Positions 28,764 to 41,150 of a stretch of 64,000 nt of DNA are shown in pieces. A model generated the notes under the pieces. That model was given only the letters and a program-made list of their open reading frames with translations, made no database searches and was not told the origin of the DNA. The translations under genes were made by a program, and so were the position numbers. Position 1 is the first letter of the stretch. Each line of letters starts with the position of its first letter. The DNA lies in assembly GCA_964518565.1 (NCBI GenBank), contig CAZFGX010000001.1, positions 75,046 through 139,045 on the forward strand, written 5' to 3'. The stretch is from an uncultured Gammaproteobacteria bacterium. GTDB lineage: Bacteria > Patescibacteriota > Microgenomatia > CAZETR01 > Amesbacteraceae.

Positions 28764-29735
28764 GTGATAAAAAAACTTCTCATTGTTGGCCTGATAGTAA
28801 TAATTCTTACAGCGCTTCTTACTGTAGTAGTTGGGTTTTTTTGGTACCAAAAAAATATCAGTCCACGTTCACTTGTTAGTCAAAAAGTTGCAATCAGTAT
28901 CAAAGAAAATCAAACCACCCAATCCGTACTGGCCGAACTTGAATCCAAGCAAATCATTCGTTCACAAACAGCAGCTCGAATATATTTACGACTGCATGCA
29001 GCTCCATCAATTCGCCCAGGTAATTATTTGGTCTCAGCAGATCAATCCTTGCCTCAAATCCTTACCACATTATCTACTCAGCCAAAAGATATTCGTCTTA
29101 CCTTCCCCGAAGGCTGGCGTAAAGAACAGTTTGCCTCTCGCCTAGAGCAGTCATACGCCACACTCACAAATTCTCGTTTCATTATGAGTGAATTTTTAGC
29201 CAATGTGCAAACAAAAGAAGGCCAGCTCTTCCCAGATACATACTTATTGCCTGCTGATGCGACAGCTGAACAAATCGTAAATATACTTACCAACAACTTC
29301 ATCAAAAAAACTGGCCTGACAATGAGCGGCCCCGAAGACGAAAAAATTCTGATTATCGCTTCTCTCATCGAGCGAGAATCGCGCAATGCCAGTGAGCGTC
29401 CTATTATTAGTGGTATTATCCAAAACCGTCTGAACCAGGGCTGGTTGTTAAATATCGACGCAACCATCCAATATGCCAGAGACTCAGTCGGAAAAGTCGA
29501 AAAATATTGGCTTCCAGTCACAGACACCACTTTTCCGTCTGCTTACAATACATATATCCATTTAGGCCTACCTCCTGGTCCAATTGCTAGTCCAGGATTA
29601 GATGCAATCGAGGCCGCCAGACACCCTGAAGCCACTGACTACATGTTCTACCTTCATGACGCTCAGGGCGAAGTTCACTATGCCAAAACCCTGCCTCAGC
29701 ATAATCTGAATGTTGACAAGTACCTCAAACCCTGA
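28764..29735 (+). CDS. mltG: Endolytic murein transglycosylase MltG (YceG-like).
   Basis: N-terminal TM, then a YceG domain (FPEGWRKEQFA; LIIASLIERESRNASERPIISGIIQNRLNQGWLLNIDATIQYA). Confidence 0.8.
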   Translation: MIKKLLIVGLIVIILTALLTVVVGFFWYQKNISPRSLVSQKVAISIKENQTTQSVLAELESKQIIRSQTAARIYLRLHAAPSIRPGNYLVSADQSLPQILTTLSTQPKDIRLTFPEGWRKEQFASRLEQSYATLTNSRFIMSEFLANVQTKEGQLFPDTYLLPADATAEQIVNILTNNFIKKTGLTMSGPEDEKILIIASLIERESRNASERPIISGIIQNRLNQGWLLNIDATIQYARDSVGKVEKYWLPVTDTTFPSAYNTYIHLGLPPGPIASPGLDAIEAARHPEATDYMFYLHDAQGEVHYAKTLPQHNLNVDKYLKP

Positions 29736-29837
29736 TATAAGCAATATCATTGTGAAGGCAGTGGTGATCGTTACCCTGTCTTTTTGCGCGAGAGAAGCGC
29801 ATTTTTGTTTTCTCCCTGCCAAACAACCGCATATATA

Positions 29838-32800
29838 ATGACAACTCGCCAATATTGGGGTAAGTCTTACCCGTCACTTCCAAAACTAGATTTAAGCGAA
29901 CTTCAATTGGAGTCGTGGAAATGGTTTGTCGAACATGGTATCGGAGAAGCTATCAGCGAAATCACTCCTATTGAAGATTTTACTGGCAAAAATTGGAGCT
30001 TAGAATTTAGTAATCATATCGTAGAAAAACCAAATCTTACTGCAAGTCACGCTTTGACCAAGGGTCTGACATATTCAGCCCCACTTCGTATTCAAGCCAA
30101 ACTTACCAACAAGCAAACTAACAAAAGTGTGACCAGTGAAGTCTTTTTGGGAGATCTACCTCAAATGACTGATCGAGGTACATTTATTATCAATGGTGTT
30201 GAACGTGCAGTCATCAATCAAGTAGTCCGAGCACCTGGCGCATATTTTGGTGCCGAATTAGATCCAGCTTCCGGTCGACTTCTTCATACAGCCGAGCTTC
30301 GTCCTATTCGTGGTACATGGTTGGAGTTTGAAATTAGTCGAGGAGACGTAATTTCTGTTCGCATTGATCGCCGACGTAAATTTGTTGTCACCACTCTGCT
30401 TCGTGCTATGGGTCTGACAGATATTGGCGAAATCAAAAAGCTCTTTGCCGAAGTCGATACAAATGATTCCCATCACTATATAGAAAATACCTTAGCCAAA
30501 GATGTCACCAAATCAGCCGAAGATGCCCTAGTCGACATCTACAAAAAAATGCGTCCAGGTGAACCAATCGTTTTGGAAAATGCCCAACGCCTCATGTACG
30601 ACCTCTTCTTCAATCCTCGCCGATACGATTTGGGTAAAGTAGGCCGATATAAGTTAAATAAACGTCTCGGTGGTGACAGTGAGCAAACAATCCTCGTTCG
30701 TGACGATTTAGTTAATACTATTAAATATCTTATCGGTTTACAAAATGGCCATGGCAAAATTGATGACATTGATCATCTGGCCAATCGTCGCGTTCGTCGA
30801 GTAGGTGAACTCGTCGCCCAAACTGCATTCCGCGATGGCTTGCTACGTTTAGAACGTGCTATCAAAGAAAAAATGTCCCTCGTTTCCACTGAAGAGCTCG
30901 TCACGCCTACGTCGCTCGTCAATGCTCGACCAGTGATCGCTGCTGTCAACGAATTCTTCCGTAGCTCCCAGCTTTCACAAATCCTCGAACAAACCAATCC
31001 ACTTTCAGAAATTGACCATATCCGTCGCTTGACTGTTATGGGTCGTGGCGGTATTACCCGAGAACGCGCCTCATTCAGTATTCGTGACGTAAACAGTAGT
31101 CAATATGGTCGTATTGACCCCGTCCGATCTCCTGAAGGTGCCAACATCGGTTTGGTTACGTATTTATCTCTATACGCCAAAATCGATGAATACGGCTTCC
31201 TTCAAGTTCCGTATCGCAAACTGATAAAAGAAGAAAAAGGTGGGACTACAAAAGTAAAGTTGTCCAATGAAATCGTCTATCTACCTGCCGATGATGAAGA
31301 AAATGTCCGCATTTCTCATGCAGATATTCATTTTGATCGCGACGGTTATATTCAAGAAGCTTGGTTGTCTATGCGTTACCAAGGTAGTTTTGTCGAAGGT
31401 CCTACTGAAACCGTTGACTATATCGATGCCATACCTCGACAAGTGGTTGGTACCTCAGCCTCCCTTATTCCATTCTTAGCCAACGACGCTGCTAACCGTG
31501 CCCTCATGGGTTCAAACATGCAAACCCAAGCCGTGCCATTGCTCAAGCCTGAAAGTCCCGTCGTAGGTACAGGCATGGAAAGAGATGTAGCCGCATCGAT
31601 GGGTTGGTGTATCAATGCTCGACATGCTGGTACAGTTGTCTCAGTCGATGGTACAAAAATCGTAGTAAAGCTTGATAAAAAACCAGAAAATGTGACTTCT
31701 TCAGAATTAATCACTGTCAAAGGTGATTTAGAAACTTATCACCTAATCAAGTTCCGCCGCACGTCTCAAAGTTCTAGTTTCAATCAGATTCCTGCGGTCA
31801 ACGTAGGTCAAAAAGTTGTACCTGGTCAATTACTTATCGACGGTCCTTCTTCTCAAGATGGGGAGTTGGCTCTAGGTCAAAATTTGATGATTGCCTATGC
31901 CTCATTTGACGGTCTCGGATATGAAGACGCTATAGTAATTTCTGATCGACTCGTTCGCCAAGATTTACTTACCTCGATCCATATTGAAGAATATGAAGCT
32001 GACGTGGTCGATACCAAGCTTGGACCTGAAGAGTTAACTCGAGATATTCCCAACGTTGGAGAAAATTATCTGGCCAATCTAGATGCCGAAGGAATTGTTG
32101 CAATTGGTTCAGAAGTTAATCCAAACGATATTTTAGTCGGCAAAATCGCCCCTAAGGGTGAAACCGAACTATCTGCCGAAGAGCGTTTGCTCCGAGCTAT
32201 CTTTGGTGAAAAAGCTCGAGATGTACGTGACACCAGTTTGCGTATGCCTCATGGTGAACGTGGTATTGTCATTGGTATTAATATTTTAGATCGTGAAGCT
32301 GGTGATGAATTACCACCTGGTGTAAATAAACGCGTAGTCATCAATGTAGCTCAAATGCGAAAAATTAATGTTGGAGACAAGCTAGCCGGACGACATGGAA
32401 ACAAAGGCGTCATTAGTAAAATCGTTCCTGTAGCGGACATGCCACATCTCACCGATGGCACTCCTGTCGATATTATGATTTCACCTCTGTCTGTTTTGGC
32501 TCGTATGAATTTGGGTCAACTTCTCGAAGCTCGTCTAGGGTGGGCAATGGCCAAGCTAAACGGTAAAGTTGGTGTAGCTGCTTTCGAAAAAGTTAGCGAA
32601 GATCAAATTGCTACAGCTATGGCAGATGCCAATCTGCCAGTTTCCGGTAAGGCTCGTTTGATTGATGGTCGCACTGGTTTGCCATATGAAGAAGAAACCG
32701 TTGTTGGCGTGGGATATATCCTCAAGCTTCACCACATGGTTGAAGACAAGACCCACGCTCGTTCAACTGGACCATACTCCCTCGTCACTCAACAACCGCT

Positions 32801-33233
32801 CGGTGGAAAAGCTCAAATGGGTGGTCAACGTCTCGGAGAAATGGAAGTCTGGGCCCTTGAAGCACATAAAGCTGCACATACATTACAAGAAATGTTGACC
32901 ATTAAGTCCGACGATGTCGTGGGTCGTGCCAAAGCATTCGAAGCCATCGTCAAAGGTACAGAAATTCCTACGAGCTCAGTCCCTGAATCATTCAATGTGT
33001 TGGTCAAGGAATTGCAAAGTTTGGGTCTACAGATCAATCCAATTGGGGCAACAGCCAAAGCGGCAGATGATCTGGCCTCAACTCCCACTTCCACAACCGA
33101 TGATTCTCAGGTAAAATCTATGCCTACTCAAGCAGACGATGATGACATGGCCGAATCTCTAAAAGAGGCTGAAGAAGATGAACTAGACGAAGCAGATGTT
33201 ATCGCCGCTGAATCTGAAAAAGAAGAAGCATAA
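29838..33233 (+). CDS. rpoB: DNA-directed RNA polymerase subunit beta.
   Basis: Start taken at [10 protein letters not shown]. Conserved RpoB blocks throughout ([21 protein letters not shown]). Followed by rpoC. Confidence 0.95.
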   Translation: MTTRQYWGKSYPSLPKLDLSELQLESWKWFVEHGIGEAISEITPIEDFTGKNWSLEFSNHIVEKPNLTASHALTKGLTYSAPLRIQAKLTNKQTNKSVTSEVFLGDLPQMTDRGTFIINGVERAVINQVVRAPGAYFGAELDPASGRLLHTAELRPIRGTWLEFEISRGDVISVRIDRRRKFVVTTLLRAMGLTDIGEIKKLFAEVDTNDSHHYIENTLAKDVTKSAEDALVDIYKKMRPGEPIVLENAQRLMYDLFFNPRRYDLGKVGRYKLNKRLGGDSEQTILVRDDLVNTIKYLIGLQNGHGKIDDIDHLANRRVRRVGELVAQTAFRDGLLRLERAIKEKMSLVSTEELVTPTSLVNARPVIAAVNEFFRSSQLSQILEQTNPLSEIDHIRRLTVMGRGGITRERASFSIRDVNSSQYGRIDPVRSPEGANIGLVTYLSLYAKIDEYGFLQVPYRKLIKEEKGGTTKVKLSNEIVYLPADDEENVRISHADIHFDRDGYIQEAWLSMRYQGSFVEGPTETVDYIDAIPRQVVGTSASLIPFLANDAANRALMGSNMQTQAVPLLKPESPVVGTGMERDVAASMGWCINARHAGTVVSVDGTKIVVKLDKKPENVTSSELITVKGDLETYHLIKFRRTSQSSSFNQIPAVNVGQKVVPGQLLIDGPSSQDGELALGQNLMIAYASFDGLGYEDAIVISDRLVRQDLLTSIHIEEYEADVVDTKLGPEELTRDIPNVGENYLANLDAEGIVAIGSEVNPNDILVGKIAPKGETELSAEERLLRAIFGEKARDVRDTSLRMPHGERGIVIGINILDREAGDELPPGVNKRVVINVAQMRKINVGDKLAGRHGNKGVISKIVPVADMPHLTDGTPVDIMISPLSVLARMNLGQLLEARLGWAMAKLNGKVGVAAFEKVSEDQIATAMADANLPVSGKARLIDGRTGLPYEEETVVGVGYILKLHHMVEDKTHARSTGPYSLVTQQPLGGKAQMGGQRLGEMEVWALEAHKAAHTLQEMLTIKSDDVVGRAKAFEAIVKGTEIPTSSVPESFNVLVKELQSLGLQINPIGATAKAADDLASTPTSTTDDSQVKSMPTQADDDDMAESLKEAEEDELDEADVIAAESEKEEA

Positions 33234-33237
33234 AATT

Positions 33238-36200
33238 ATGGCTACAAAAACCACCACACCTATTCAAGATTCATTCAAAAATATTGCCGATTTTAATGCT
33301 TTACAGATTACTCTGGCATCTTCCGATTCTATTTTAGGTTGGTCTCATGGTGAGATAACTAAGCCTGAAACCATCAACTATCGTACGTTGCGACCAGAAA
33401 AAGATGGTTTATTTGATGAGCGCATTTTTGGTCCAGTCAAAGATTGGGAATGTTATTGTGGTAAATATAAGCGTATTCGCTATAAGGGGATTACTTGTGA
33501 TAAGTGTGGTGTCGAAGTCACGCATTCTCGAGTTCGTCGGGAACGCATGGGCCACATTACCCTGGCTTGTCCTACAGCTCACGTATGGTTTTTCAAAGGT
33601 GCTCCATCTAAGCTGTCTCTTTTACTAGATGTGTCTCCAAAGAGTCTAGAAGCTGTAGTTTACTTCGCCCAATATATCGTCACATCAGTTGACGAAAAAG
33701 CCAAAACCAAAGTGATCGACCAACTTCAAAAAGAATTGGCATCCAAAAAAGAAGATCTGAAAAAAGACTACACCAAAAAAATTGACGACCTCAAAGACGC
33801 CTCAGAGTCTGAATTGGCCAAATTGCAAAACCAATCCATGAAAGAAGAAGCCAAGGCCTTGGCACTAGAACAAGCCAGTCTCAAAGCCAAACAGCAAACA
33901 CAAGCACTGCGAGATGCAGAAACTACCGAATCCGATAAAACCGCTAATCTCTATGCCCGTCTAACTGAAATCGTCAAAAACATCAACGTCGCCACTCTGC
34001 TAACCGAAGAAGAATATCAAAAACTCGTTGAGTACGATGCGGTCGACTTTGCCGAAGTCGGTATGGGTGCCGAAAGCTTGCTCGAAGTAATAAAACAAAT
34101 TGATCTAGCTAAACTCAGTAGTGATTTACGCCAAGAAGTAGCCACCACCACTGGTCAACGCCATCTCAAAGCTACTAAACGTTTGCGAGTTGTCGATGGT
34201 TTGCGTCGAGCCCATGTTGATCCATCATGGATGGTACTAAAAGTGCTTCCAGTCCTTCCTCCAGATTTGCGTCCAATGGTGCAGCTATCCGGCGGCAGAT
34301 TTGCCAGCTCAGATCTCAACGATTTGTATCGCCGCGTCATCAATCGCAATAATCGTCTTAAACATCTCATCGATCTAGGAGCTCCTGAAATCATTTTGCG
34401 CAACGAAAAACGCATGCTTCAAGAAGCCGTAGATGCCCTTATTGATTCTACTCAACGCACCAGTCGTACTACTCGCATGCCAGCCAATGCTCACACAAAA
34501 TCGCTTTCAGACATGTTACGCGGTAAACAAGGTCGCTTCCGTCAAAATCTACTCGGAAAACGTGTGGATTACTCTGGTCGTTCCGTCATCGTCGTCGGCC
34601 CTGAACTCAAAATTAACCAATGTGGACTTCCCAAAGACATGGCTCTCGAAATGTTCAAGCCATTTGTTTTGCGCCAAATGATTATCCAAGGTTTGGCACC
34701 AAATGTGAAATCAGCCAAAAATCTTTTGGAATCCCGACCACCAGAAGTCTATGACATCTTGGAAAGTATTACTCGCGATCATCCAGTCTTGCTCAATCGC
34801 GCCCCAACCTTACACAAACTTTCTATCCAAGCCTTCTATCCAATTTTAGTCGAAGGTTCAGCTATCAAAGTTCATCCATGTATCTGTGCCGGATTTAACG
34901 CCGACTTTGACGGAGATCAAATGGCTGTTCATGTACCCTTGAGTAAAGAGTCTGTCGAAGAGGTCAAGGCCTTAATGATGCCTGAAAACAATTTGCGCAA
35001 GCCAGCGGATGGTACGCCCATCTCTGTTCCATCCACCAAAGAAATGGCTCTTGGCAATTATTATCTCACCTCAATCGACCCTACCTTGGCAGCATATGCC
35101 TCCACCTTCTCAAATGCCCAAGAAGCAATTATGGCCTACCACATGGGTACGCTAAAGCTGCGCCAAACCATGAAAGTAAATATGGATGGTGAAATTATCG
35201 AAACAACTGTTGGTCGTTTATTGTTCAATGAAGTCTTACCTCAAGAGTTACGTTTTGTTAACGAACCAGTTCGTCGTTCTGTAGTCGTCAATATTTTCCG
35301 TTCAGCCTTCAAACTTTTTGACACTACAACCATCGTCAAGCTGATCGACGACATTAAATCAATCGGCTTCTGGGCTGGAACCATCTCTGGTTTGTCAGTC
35401 AGTATTACTGACTGTGTAATTTATGCTGACAAAGATAAGGTCATCGCTGAATCAAACCAAAAAGTTGCCGAAATCGAGTCCAATTTGGCCATGGGCTTAA
35501 TCACTATCGAAGAGAAAAAACGCCTATCCCAAGAAGTTTGGCTAGAAACCACCCAAATCTTAGCCGATGCAACCTGGAATCTTATCGAGCGCACCAATCC
35601 GATTTGGCTCATGGTTGATGCCCAAGTTGGAAAAGTTTCCCGTGAACAAGTCAAACAAATCTCTGCTATGCGCGGTCTCGTTGTTGATCCGCTTGGTCGA
35701 ATCGTAGAATTACCAGTTAAGAGTAATTACCGTGAAGGATTGACCACATTTGAATATATCTCAGCTGCTCGTGGAGAACGTAAGGGTCTTTCAGATACTG
35801 CTATTCGTACTGCCGATGCTGGATATCTCACCCGCCGATTAGTCGATGTGGCTCATGATGCTATCGTTCGTATCGAAGACTGTGCTACCACCAGTGGTCT
35901 AACAGTTAGCCGTAGCGGTCGCCGAGGCAATGCCTTTTCTGCACGTATCTTTGGCCGGATTGCCGCCTCAGATGTTGTATCAGAAAAAACAAACGAAGTT
36001 GTAGTCAAAGCAGGAGATTTGATTGACGAAAAAGCCGTTTCTACAATTCAAGACAAGCAAATTACTGATGTTGTCGTTCGCTCACCACTAACCTGTAACA
36101 GTAAATATGGTATCTGTGCCAAGTGTTATGGTTGGTCACTCAGCAGTATGTCTATGGCTACCGTCGGTGATCCCGTTGGAGTTGTCGCTGCACAAAGTAT

Positions 36201-36978
36201 TGGTGAACCAGGTACCCAAATGACCCTTCATGGAAAACGCGGTGCCTTGTCTGCTGGTTCCATCGACGTGACCCAGGGCTTACCTCGTATCGAAGAACTC
36301 TTCGAAGCACGAACACCAAAGCTCGTTTCACCTCTTGCAGACATCTCTGGAAAAGTTGAAATCACCGAAACCGAAACCGGCTACAAAGTTCGTATCCGCA
36401 ACGAGCAAGTTAAGCCTGTCGAAGAAAAAGAATACATTATTCCTCTCACTGCTGAGCTCAAAGTTTCTGATGAAGAGCTTGTCACAGCCGGAGCTCAACT
36501 GGCTGCTGGTTCTTTAGATATCAAAGAAGTTTTAGAGATTCGTGGTCTGCGTGGCTCTCAAGAATACTTGATCGAAGAATTGCAAGCTGTTTACGAATCT
36601 CAAGGTATACCGATTCACGACAAACACTTTGAAGTCATCGTGCGCAAAATGAGTGATCGTGTCCGAATCCTAGTCCAAGGCGACACAGCATTATTGCCAG
36701 GCGACATTCTCGATCGAGCTGCTTTCGAAACTGAAAATACTCGTGTTATGGCCGCCGGTGGAGAACCAGCCACAGCTCAAGTTATTGTCTTGGGTATCAC
36801 CCGCGCCGCTCTAAAGACTGGTTCATGGCTCTCAGCCGCTTCCTTTATCGAGACCACCTCCCAACTCGGAGACGCTGCTGTCGAAGGTCGGGTCGACCCC
36901 TTGCTTGGACTCAAGGAAAACGTTATCATTGGTCGCCTGATTCCTACAAATGCTGAACGGGCAACAATCGCAGCGTAA
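33238..36978 (+). CDS. rpoC: DNA-directed RNA polymerase subunit beta'.
   Basis: Start [10 protein letters not shown] at 33238. Zn-binding [20 protein letters not shown] and the [12 protein letters not shown] catalytic motif. Confidence 0.95.
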   Translation: MATKTTTPIQDSFKNIADFNALQITLASSDSILGWSHGEITKPETINYRTLRPEKDGLFDERIFGPVKDWECYCGKYKRIRYKGITCDKCGVEVTHSRVRRERMGHITLACPTAHVWFFKGAPSKLSLLLDVSPKSLEAVVYFAQYIVTSVDEKAKTKVIDQLQKELASKKEDLKKDYTKKIDDLKDASESELAKLQNQSMKEEAKALALEQASLKAKQQTQALRDAETTESDKTANLYARLTEIVKNINVATLLTEEEYQKLVEYDAVDFAEVGMGAESLLEVIKQIDLAKLSSDLRQEVATTTGQRHLKATKRLRVVDGLRRAHVDPSWMVLKVLPVLPPDLRPMVQLSGGRFASSDLNDLYRRVINRNNRLKHLIDLGAPEIILRNEKRMLQEAVDALIDSTQRTSRTTRMPANAHTKSLSDMLRGKQGRFRQNLLGKRVDYSGRSVIVVGPELKINQCGLPKDMALEMFKPFVLRQMIIQGLAPNVKSAKNLLESRPPEVYDILESITRDHPVLLNRAPTLHKLSIQAFYPILVEGSAIKVHPCICAGFNADFDGDQMAVHVPLSKESVEEVKALMMPENNLRKPADGTPISVPSTKEMALGNYYLTSIDPTLAAYASTFSNAQEAIMAYHMGTLKLRQTMKVNMDGEIIETTVGRLLFNEVLPQELRFVNEPVRRSVVVNIFRSAFKLFDTTTIVKLIDDIKSIGFWAGTISGLSVSITDCVIYADKDKVIAESNQKVAEIESNLAMGLITIEEKKRLSQEVWLETTQILADATWNLIERTNPIWLMVDAQVGKVSREQVKQISAMRGLVVDPLGRIVELPVKSNYREGLTTFEYISAARGERKGLSDTAIRTADAGYLTRRLVDVAHDAIVRIEDCATTSGLTVSRSGRRGNAFSARIFGRIAASDVVSEKTNEVVVKAGDLIDEKAVSTIQDKQITDVVVRSPLTCNSKYGICAKCYGWSLSSMSMATVGDPVGVVAAQSIGEPGTQMTLHGKRGALSAGSIDVTQGLPRIEELFEARTPKLVSPLADISGKVEITETETGYKVRIRNEQVKPVEEKEYIIPLTAELKVSDEELVTAGAQLAAGSLDIKEVLEIRGLRGSQEYLIEELQAVYESQGIPIHDKHFEVIVRKMSDRVRILVQGDTALLPGDILDRAAFETENTRVMAAGGEPATAQVIVLGITRAALKTGSWLSAASFIETTSQLGDAAVEGRVDPLLGLKENVIIGRLIPTNAERATIAA

Positions 36979-36979
36979 T

Positions 36980-37414
36980 ATGCCAACCATAAACCAACTC
37001 ATCAAAAAAGGTCGCACAGCAAGAATCAAAAAAGTTCGCGCCACTGCCATGCGTCGTTCATACAACGCCAAAGATCGAATTTTCGACAATAACATGAATC
37101 CGTTCAAGCGCGGTGTGTTGACAGTGGTTAAAACCATGACACCAAAAAAGCCAAACTCAGCGTTACGTAAAATTGCTCGCGTCCGTTTGTCTAACAAAAC
37201 GGAAGTCACTGCCTACATTCCTGGAATTGGCCACAATCTAGCCGAACACGGTATCGTTTTGGTTCGTGGCGGTCGTGTAAAAGACCTTCCTGGTGTAAAA
37301 TATCACATTGTCCGCGGCAAATATGATGCCGCTGGAGTTCAAAATCGCAAACAAGGCCGATCCAAGTATGGAACCAAAGCCAGTAGTGGTCCATCAGCAG
37401 CTAAAGCTAGTTAA
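36980..37414 (+). CDS. rpsL: 30S ribosomal protein S12.
   Basis: Internal start [12 protein letters not shown] with [15 protein letters not shown]. The 10-codon N-terminal extension of track ORF 36950 overlaps the rpoC stop and is rejected. Confidence 0.92.
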   Translation: MPTINQLIKKGRTARIKKVRATAMRRSYNAKDRIFDNNMNPFKRGVLTVVKTMTPKKPNSALRKIARVRLSNKTEVTAYIPGIGHNLAEHGIVLVRGGRVKDLPGVKYHIVRGKYDAAGVQNRKQGRSKYGTKASSGPSAAKAS

Positions 37415-37419
37415 TATTT

Positions 37420-37896
37420 ATGCGTGCAAAACCATCCACACCACGACCAATTACACCTGACCCAGTCTATCAAGACACGATGATCACCAAATTGATCAAC
37501 CGTGTGATGCGTGATGGCAAAAAAACAGTTGCCCAAAAGTCTGTCTACGGCGCTCTGGAAGTAATCAAAGAAAAAACTGGCCAAGATCCTATTGAATTAT
37601 TCCGTACTGCTATCGAAAATATTCGCCCACAAATGGAAGTTCGCGCTCGTCGTATTGGAGGTGCAGCTTATCAAGTACCTTCTCCTGTTCGCGGGCCACG
37701 CAAAGATTCTCTCGCTATTCGCTGGTTACTTTTAGCAGCAACTGCCAGGCCAAATACAGAATTTCATACTATGTCTGAAAAACTAGCAGCCGAATTAATC
37801 GATGCTTCAAATCAAACTGGTGGCGCAATCAAAAAAAAGTTAGATACCCATCGCATGGCCGAAGCCAACAAGGCCTTTGCGCATTTCCGCTGGTAA
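37420..37896 (+). CDS. rpsG: 30S ribosomal protein S7.
   Basis: 158 aa with canonical S7 sequence. Directly downstream of rpsL. Confidence 0.92.
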   Translation: MRAKPSTPRPITPDPVYQDTMITKLINRVMRDGKKTVAQKSVYGALEVIKEKTGQDPIELFRTAIENIRPQMEVRARRIGGAAYQVPSPVRGPRKDSLAIRWLLLAATARPNTEFHTMSEKLAAELIDASNQTGGAIKKKLDTHRMAEANKAFAHFRW

Positions 37897-37902
37897 AATT
37901 TT

Positions 37903-38502
37903 ATGTCACACTATACCGGACCAAAAAATCGACTCTCCCGCCGCGAAGGCTTGGATTTATATGGTAAAGGCAATAAACTTCGTCGTGCTACCCAAGTCCC
38001 GGGTCAGCATGGACCTAAGGGTGGAAAACGCCCAACTGGCTTTGGTACCCAACTACGAGAAAAGCAGAAAACTCGGCGTATTTATGGTATAATTGAGAAA
38101 CAATTCCGCAAGTACTTTGAAATGGCTCGCAAGTCCAAAGGAGCAACTGGTGAAAAATTACTCCAGATGCTCGAGACTCGATTAGACAATACTGTCTACC
38201 GACTCGGATTTGTTCCTACTCGTCTCATGGCTCGACAAATCGTCAGTCATGGACATATCCGTGTAAACGGAAAGTTAGTGAGTGTGCCATCATATCAAGT
38301 AAAAATTGGAGAAATTATTACTTTAAGTGATAAAATCTCTCAAAACCCAACTGTCCAGGCAAAATTATCAGCAAGTGATATAATCTTGCCCGCCTGGTTA
38401 AAACGCGAATCAGCCCAAGGTTCAGTCGTTGCTATGCCAAGTCGTAGCGACATAGACGTGCCCGTCTCTGAACAACTTATTGTCGAATATTATTCTCGAT
38501 AA
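37903..38502 (+). CDS. rpsD: 30S ribosomal protein S4.
   Basis: MSHYTGPKNRLSRREG and an S4 RNA-binding domain. Confidence 0.92.
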   Translation: MSHYTGPKNRLSRREGLDLYGKGNKLRRATQVPGQHGPKGGKRPTGFGTQLREKQKTRRIYGIIEKQFRKYFEMARKSKGATGEKLLQMLETRLDNTVYRLGFVPTRLMARQIVSHGHIRVNGKLVSVPSYQVKIGEIITLSDKISQNPTVQAKLSASDIILPAWLKRESAQGSVVAMPSRSDIDVPVSEQLIVEYYSR

Positions 38503-38507
38503 TTTTT

Positions 38508-39446
38508 ATGAACCAACCACAATTTACTATTCAAACTGAAAATCTACCAGCAAACACCACCAAATTTGTGTTTGAACCACTTCCTCAAGGATATGGTCAC
38601 ACACTTGGAAATGCTCTTCGTCGTGTTTTATATACTTCTATCCCAGGTGCAGCCATTACCAGTGTCACAATTACTGGCGCCTCTCACCAATTTACTGCTA
38701 TCGAAGGTGTCAAAGAAGATGCAGTACAAATTATTCTGAATCTTAAATCTCTACACTTAAGCTTGACTGGTGACAAAGCCGCCAAAATCACTCTGTCAGC
38801 TAAAGGAGCCGGAGTAGTCACTGCTGAACAATTCGAACTACCTGGAAATGTAAAAATTGCCAACCCAGAAGCAGTCATTGGTACTATTACCGATAAAAGT
38901 GGTCATCTAGAAATTGAAGCCACTGTGGAACCAGGTATGGGGTACTCTCCTGCAGAAGAACGCAAAAGTTCAACCATTGGTGTAATTCCAGTAGATGCTA
39001 CATTTACTCCAGTTCTACGAGTAAACTACGAAGTTATGGCTACTCGCGTCGGTCGAGTGACCAATTTCGACAAATTAATTCTCGACGTTACTACTGACGG
39101 CACAACCACTCCTGAAGAAGCAGTCAAACAAGCCGCTCAAATCTTAGTAGATTACTTCGCCGCTGTTGTTAGCCCAAATGCTGAATCTACTTCTACCGCT
39201 AAGACCTCAACATCTACCACATCATCAGCTCCTGCTGCCAGCTCAAAACCTGGTGGAAATGTAGCTGTAGAAGAATTAGATTTGCCAACCCGAATTGCCA
39301 ATGCCTTGCAGAAAGCTGGGTTTAATACGGTAGCCGATCTTTTGGCTGTGCCAAAAAATGAATTGGCCAAAGTAAAAAATCTTGGGGGCAAGTCCGTCAA
39401 GGTTGTCGAAGTTGCCCTCGCTGACCGTGGATTCCAGCTCTCGTAA
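38508..39446 (+). CDS. rpoA: DNA-directed RNA polymerase subunit alpha.
   Basis: 312 aa with N-terminal dimerisation domain (EPLPQGYGHTLGNALRRVLYTSIPGAAIT) and C-terminal alpha-CTD. Confidence 0.9.
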   Translation: MNQPQFTIQTENLPANTTKFVFEPLPQGYGHTLGNALRRVLYTSIPGAAITSVTITGASHQFTAIEGVKEDAVQIILNLKSLHLSLTGDKAAKITLSAKGAGVVTAEQFELPGNVKIANPEAVIGTITDKSGHLEIEATVEPGMGYSPAEERKSSTIGVIPVDATFTPVLRVNYEVMATRVGRVTNFDKLILDVTTDGTTTPEEAVKQAAQILVDYFAAVVSPNAESTSTAKTSTSTTSSAPAASSKPGGNVAVEELDLPTRIANALQKAGFNTVADLLAVPKNELAKVKNLGGKSVKVVEVALADRGFQLS

Positions 39447-39461
39447 TCGACGTAACATCTC

Positions 39462-39920
39462 ATGCATCACAACATTTTTGGTAAAAAGTTAAATCGAGAT
39501 ACAGGTCAACGTCAGGCTCTGTTAAAAGGGCTAGCGGGGGCGATGATTCGATCGGAAGCAATCGAAACTACAGAAACCAAAGCTCAGGCCGCTGTTTCAA
39601 TGATCGAAAAGCTGATCACTCAAGCTCGTCGTGCAAATCTAAACGATGTTCGTCAAATTGAAGCCGTTCTTATCAATAAAGAACTTGTACATAAATTAGT
39701 TCACAGTATTGCGCCCCGTTTTAAAGATACCAAAGGCGGCTATCTTCGACTAATCAAATTAGGAAACCGAACAGGTGACAACGCTCCAATGGTTCGTATG
39801 GAATTCACCAAGTCTGCTACAGTAGAAGCAGTTCTAACCTCAGCTCCAGCTGCATCGGAACCAGCTAAAGCCCCAGCAAGTAAAAAAACTAAAACAATCA
39901 AAGCCACTAAAACTAAATAA
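39462..39920 (+). CDS. rplQ: 50S ribosomal protein L17.
   Basis: N-terminal FGKKLNRDTGQRQALLKGLAGAMIRSEAIETTETKA, followed by a Lys/Ala-rich tail. Confidence 0.9.
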   Translation: MHHNIFGKKLNRDTGQRQALLKGLAGAMIRSEAIETTETKAQAAVSMIEKLITQARRANLNDVRQIEAVLINKELVHKLVHSIAPRFKDTKGGYLRLIKLGNRTGDNAPMVRMEFTKSATVEAVLTSAPAASEPAKAPASKKTKTIKATKTK

Positions 39921-40345
39921 TGAAAACCTTTTCCCTTAAACCTGCAGACACTACTCGTAAATGGCATTTTTTTGATGCCAATGGTCAAGTTCTTGGTCGA
40001 CTAGCCACTCAAGTTGCCATTATACTCATGGGGAAACACAAGCCTGTATACACTACTCACGTTGATGGAGGAGACAATATTGTCATTGTGAACGCCGCCA
40101 AAATAAACGTCACAGGCAAAAAGTCTTTGCAAAAAAAATATCGTCACCATTCCGGATATCCAGGTGGTATGAAAGTGCTTAGTTATGAACAAGTTATGGA
40201 CTCAAACCCTACTCGTATTTTAAAAAGTGCCATTACTGGCATGTTGCCTAAAAATAAACTCCAAGATCGAATGCTGAAACATTTGCATATTTATGCTGGC
40301 AACGAACACCCATACGAAAAGCAATTTAAAAAAGAAACAAAATAA
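39920..40345 (+). CDS. rplM: 50S ribosomal protein L13.
   Basis: 141 aa canonical L13. Forms the rplM-rpsI pair. Confidence 0.9.
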   Translation: MKTFSLKPADTTRKWHFFDANGQVLGRLATQVAIILMGKHKPVYTTHVDGGDNIVIVNAAKINVTGKKSLQKKYRHHSGYPGGMKVLSYEQVMDSNPTRILKSAITGMLPKNKLQDRMLKHLHIYAGNEHPYEKQFKKETK

Positions 40346-40348
40346 TCT

Positions 40349-40753
40349 ATGGCCGAATCAAAAACCAAAAATCTTACCAAAACCATTGGCCGCCGCAAGC
40401 GAGCCATCGCTTCAGTCCACATGACGTCTGGTTCAGGAAACATTACTGTAAACACAAAACCAATCGCCGACTACTTCCCAGGCTTGTGGGCCAAGCTTCG
40501 TTATGAGCAACCCTTCAAAGTAACCGGTCTCTCTAAATACGACGCTTCCATTAAAGTTCACGGTGGGGGATCGGCTGGCCAGCTCGATGCCGCAACCCTT
40601 GGTCTAGCTCGAGCCTTAGCAGAAATCAAAGCAGATCTTCGTCCAGTTCTTCGCCAAGCCAATTTATTGACTCGCGATCCTCGCAAACGCCAACGCCGCA
40701 TGGTTGGTACTGGTGGAAAAGCTCGTCGAGCCAAGCAATCTCCAAAACGCTAA
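40349..40753 (+). CDS. rpsI: 30S ribosomal protein S9.
   Basis: 134 aa ending ...RDPRKRQRRMVGTGGKARRAKQSPKR. Confidence 0.9.
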   Translation: MAESKTKNLTKTIGRRKRAIASVHMTSGSGNITVNTKPIADYFPGLWAKLRYEQPFKVTGLSKYDASIKVHGGGSAGQLDAATLGLARALAEIKADLRPVLRQANLLTRDPRKRQRRMVGTGGKARRAKQSPKR

Positions 40754-41127
40754 AACGACAAATACGGTCTTACTGCTATTCCAACTCCGCCCAGGCTTAG
40801 TACTCCCGCAAACAGTATTCCCACTACAGCTATACCTTCACGAGTTTTTATGTTCAATCGTTTATTCACATACACGCTTAGTACTGGCAGAGCCACCACA
40901 AAAACTGCAATAACAATTTGTCCCCAGATAGACATTTGCAAAGAAGCAATTACTACGTCAAATATATAGTCAGTCCCTAGGGTTATTCGAAAGAGCAGTG
41001 CCAACCAAAAAGCTACTGCCGGTCCTAAAAGAAAAAGATTTACAAACACAATTTTTACCGACGCAGGGATTTTAAGCCGTTTCTGTTTTTTGCCCCGCAA
41101 TTCAAAATAATTTCCAGGAGTAATCAC
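40750..41127 (-). CDS. Hypothetical small membrane protein (125 aa, 3-4 TM).
   Basis: ORF with hydrophobic segments. No recognisable family. Confidence 0.35.
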   Translation of the reverse strand: MITPGNYFELRGKKQKRLKIPASVKIVFVNLFLLGPAVAFWLALLFRITLGTDYIFDVVIASLQMSIWGQIVIAVFVVALPVLSVYVNKRLNIKTREGIAVVGILFAGVLSLGGVGIAVRPYLSF

Positions 41128-41150
41128 TTAAATAGTATAATATATCCCGC

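Noticed and set aside
30258-36986. Numerous 60-100-aa ORFs overlapping rpoB/rpoC on either strand.
   Set aside because: All lie within the long, well-conserved rpoB and rpoC reading frames. They have no independent support.
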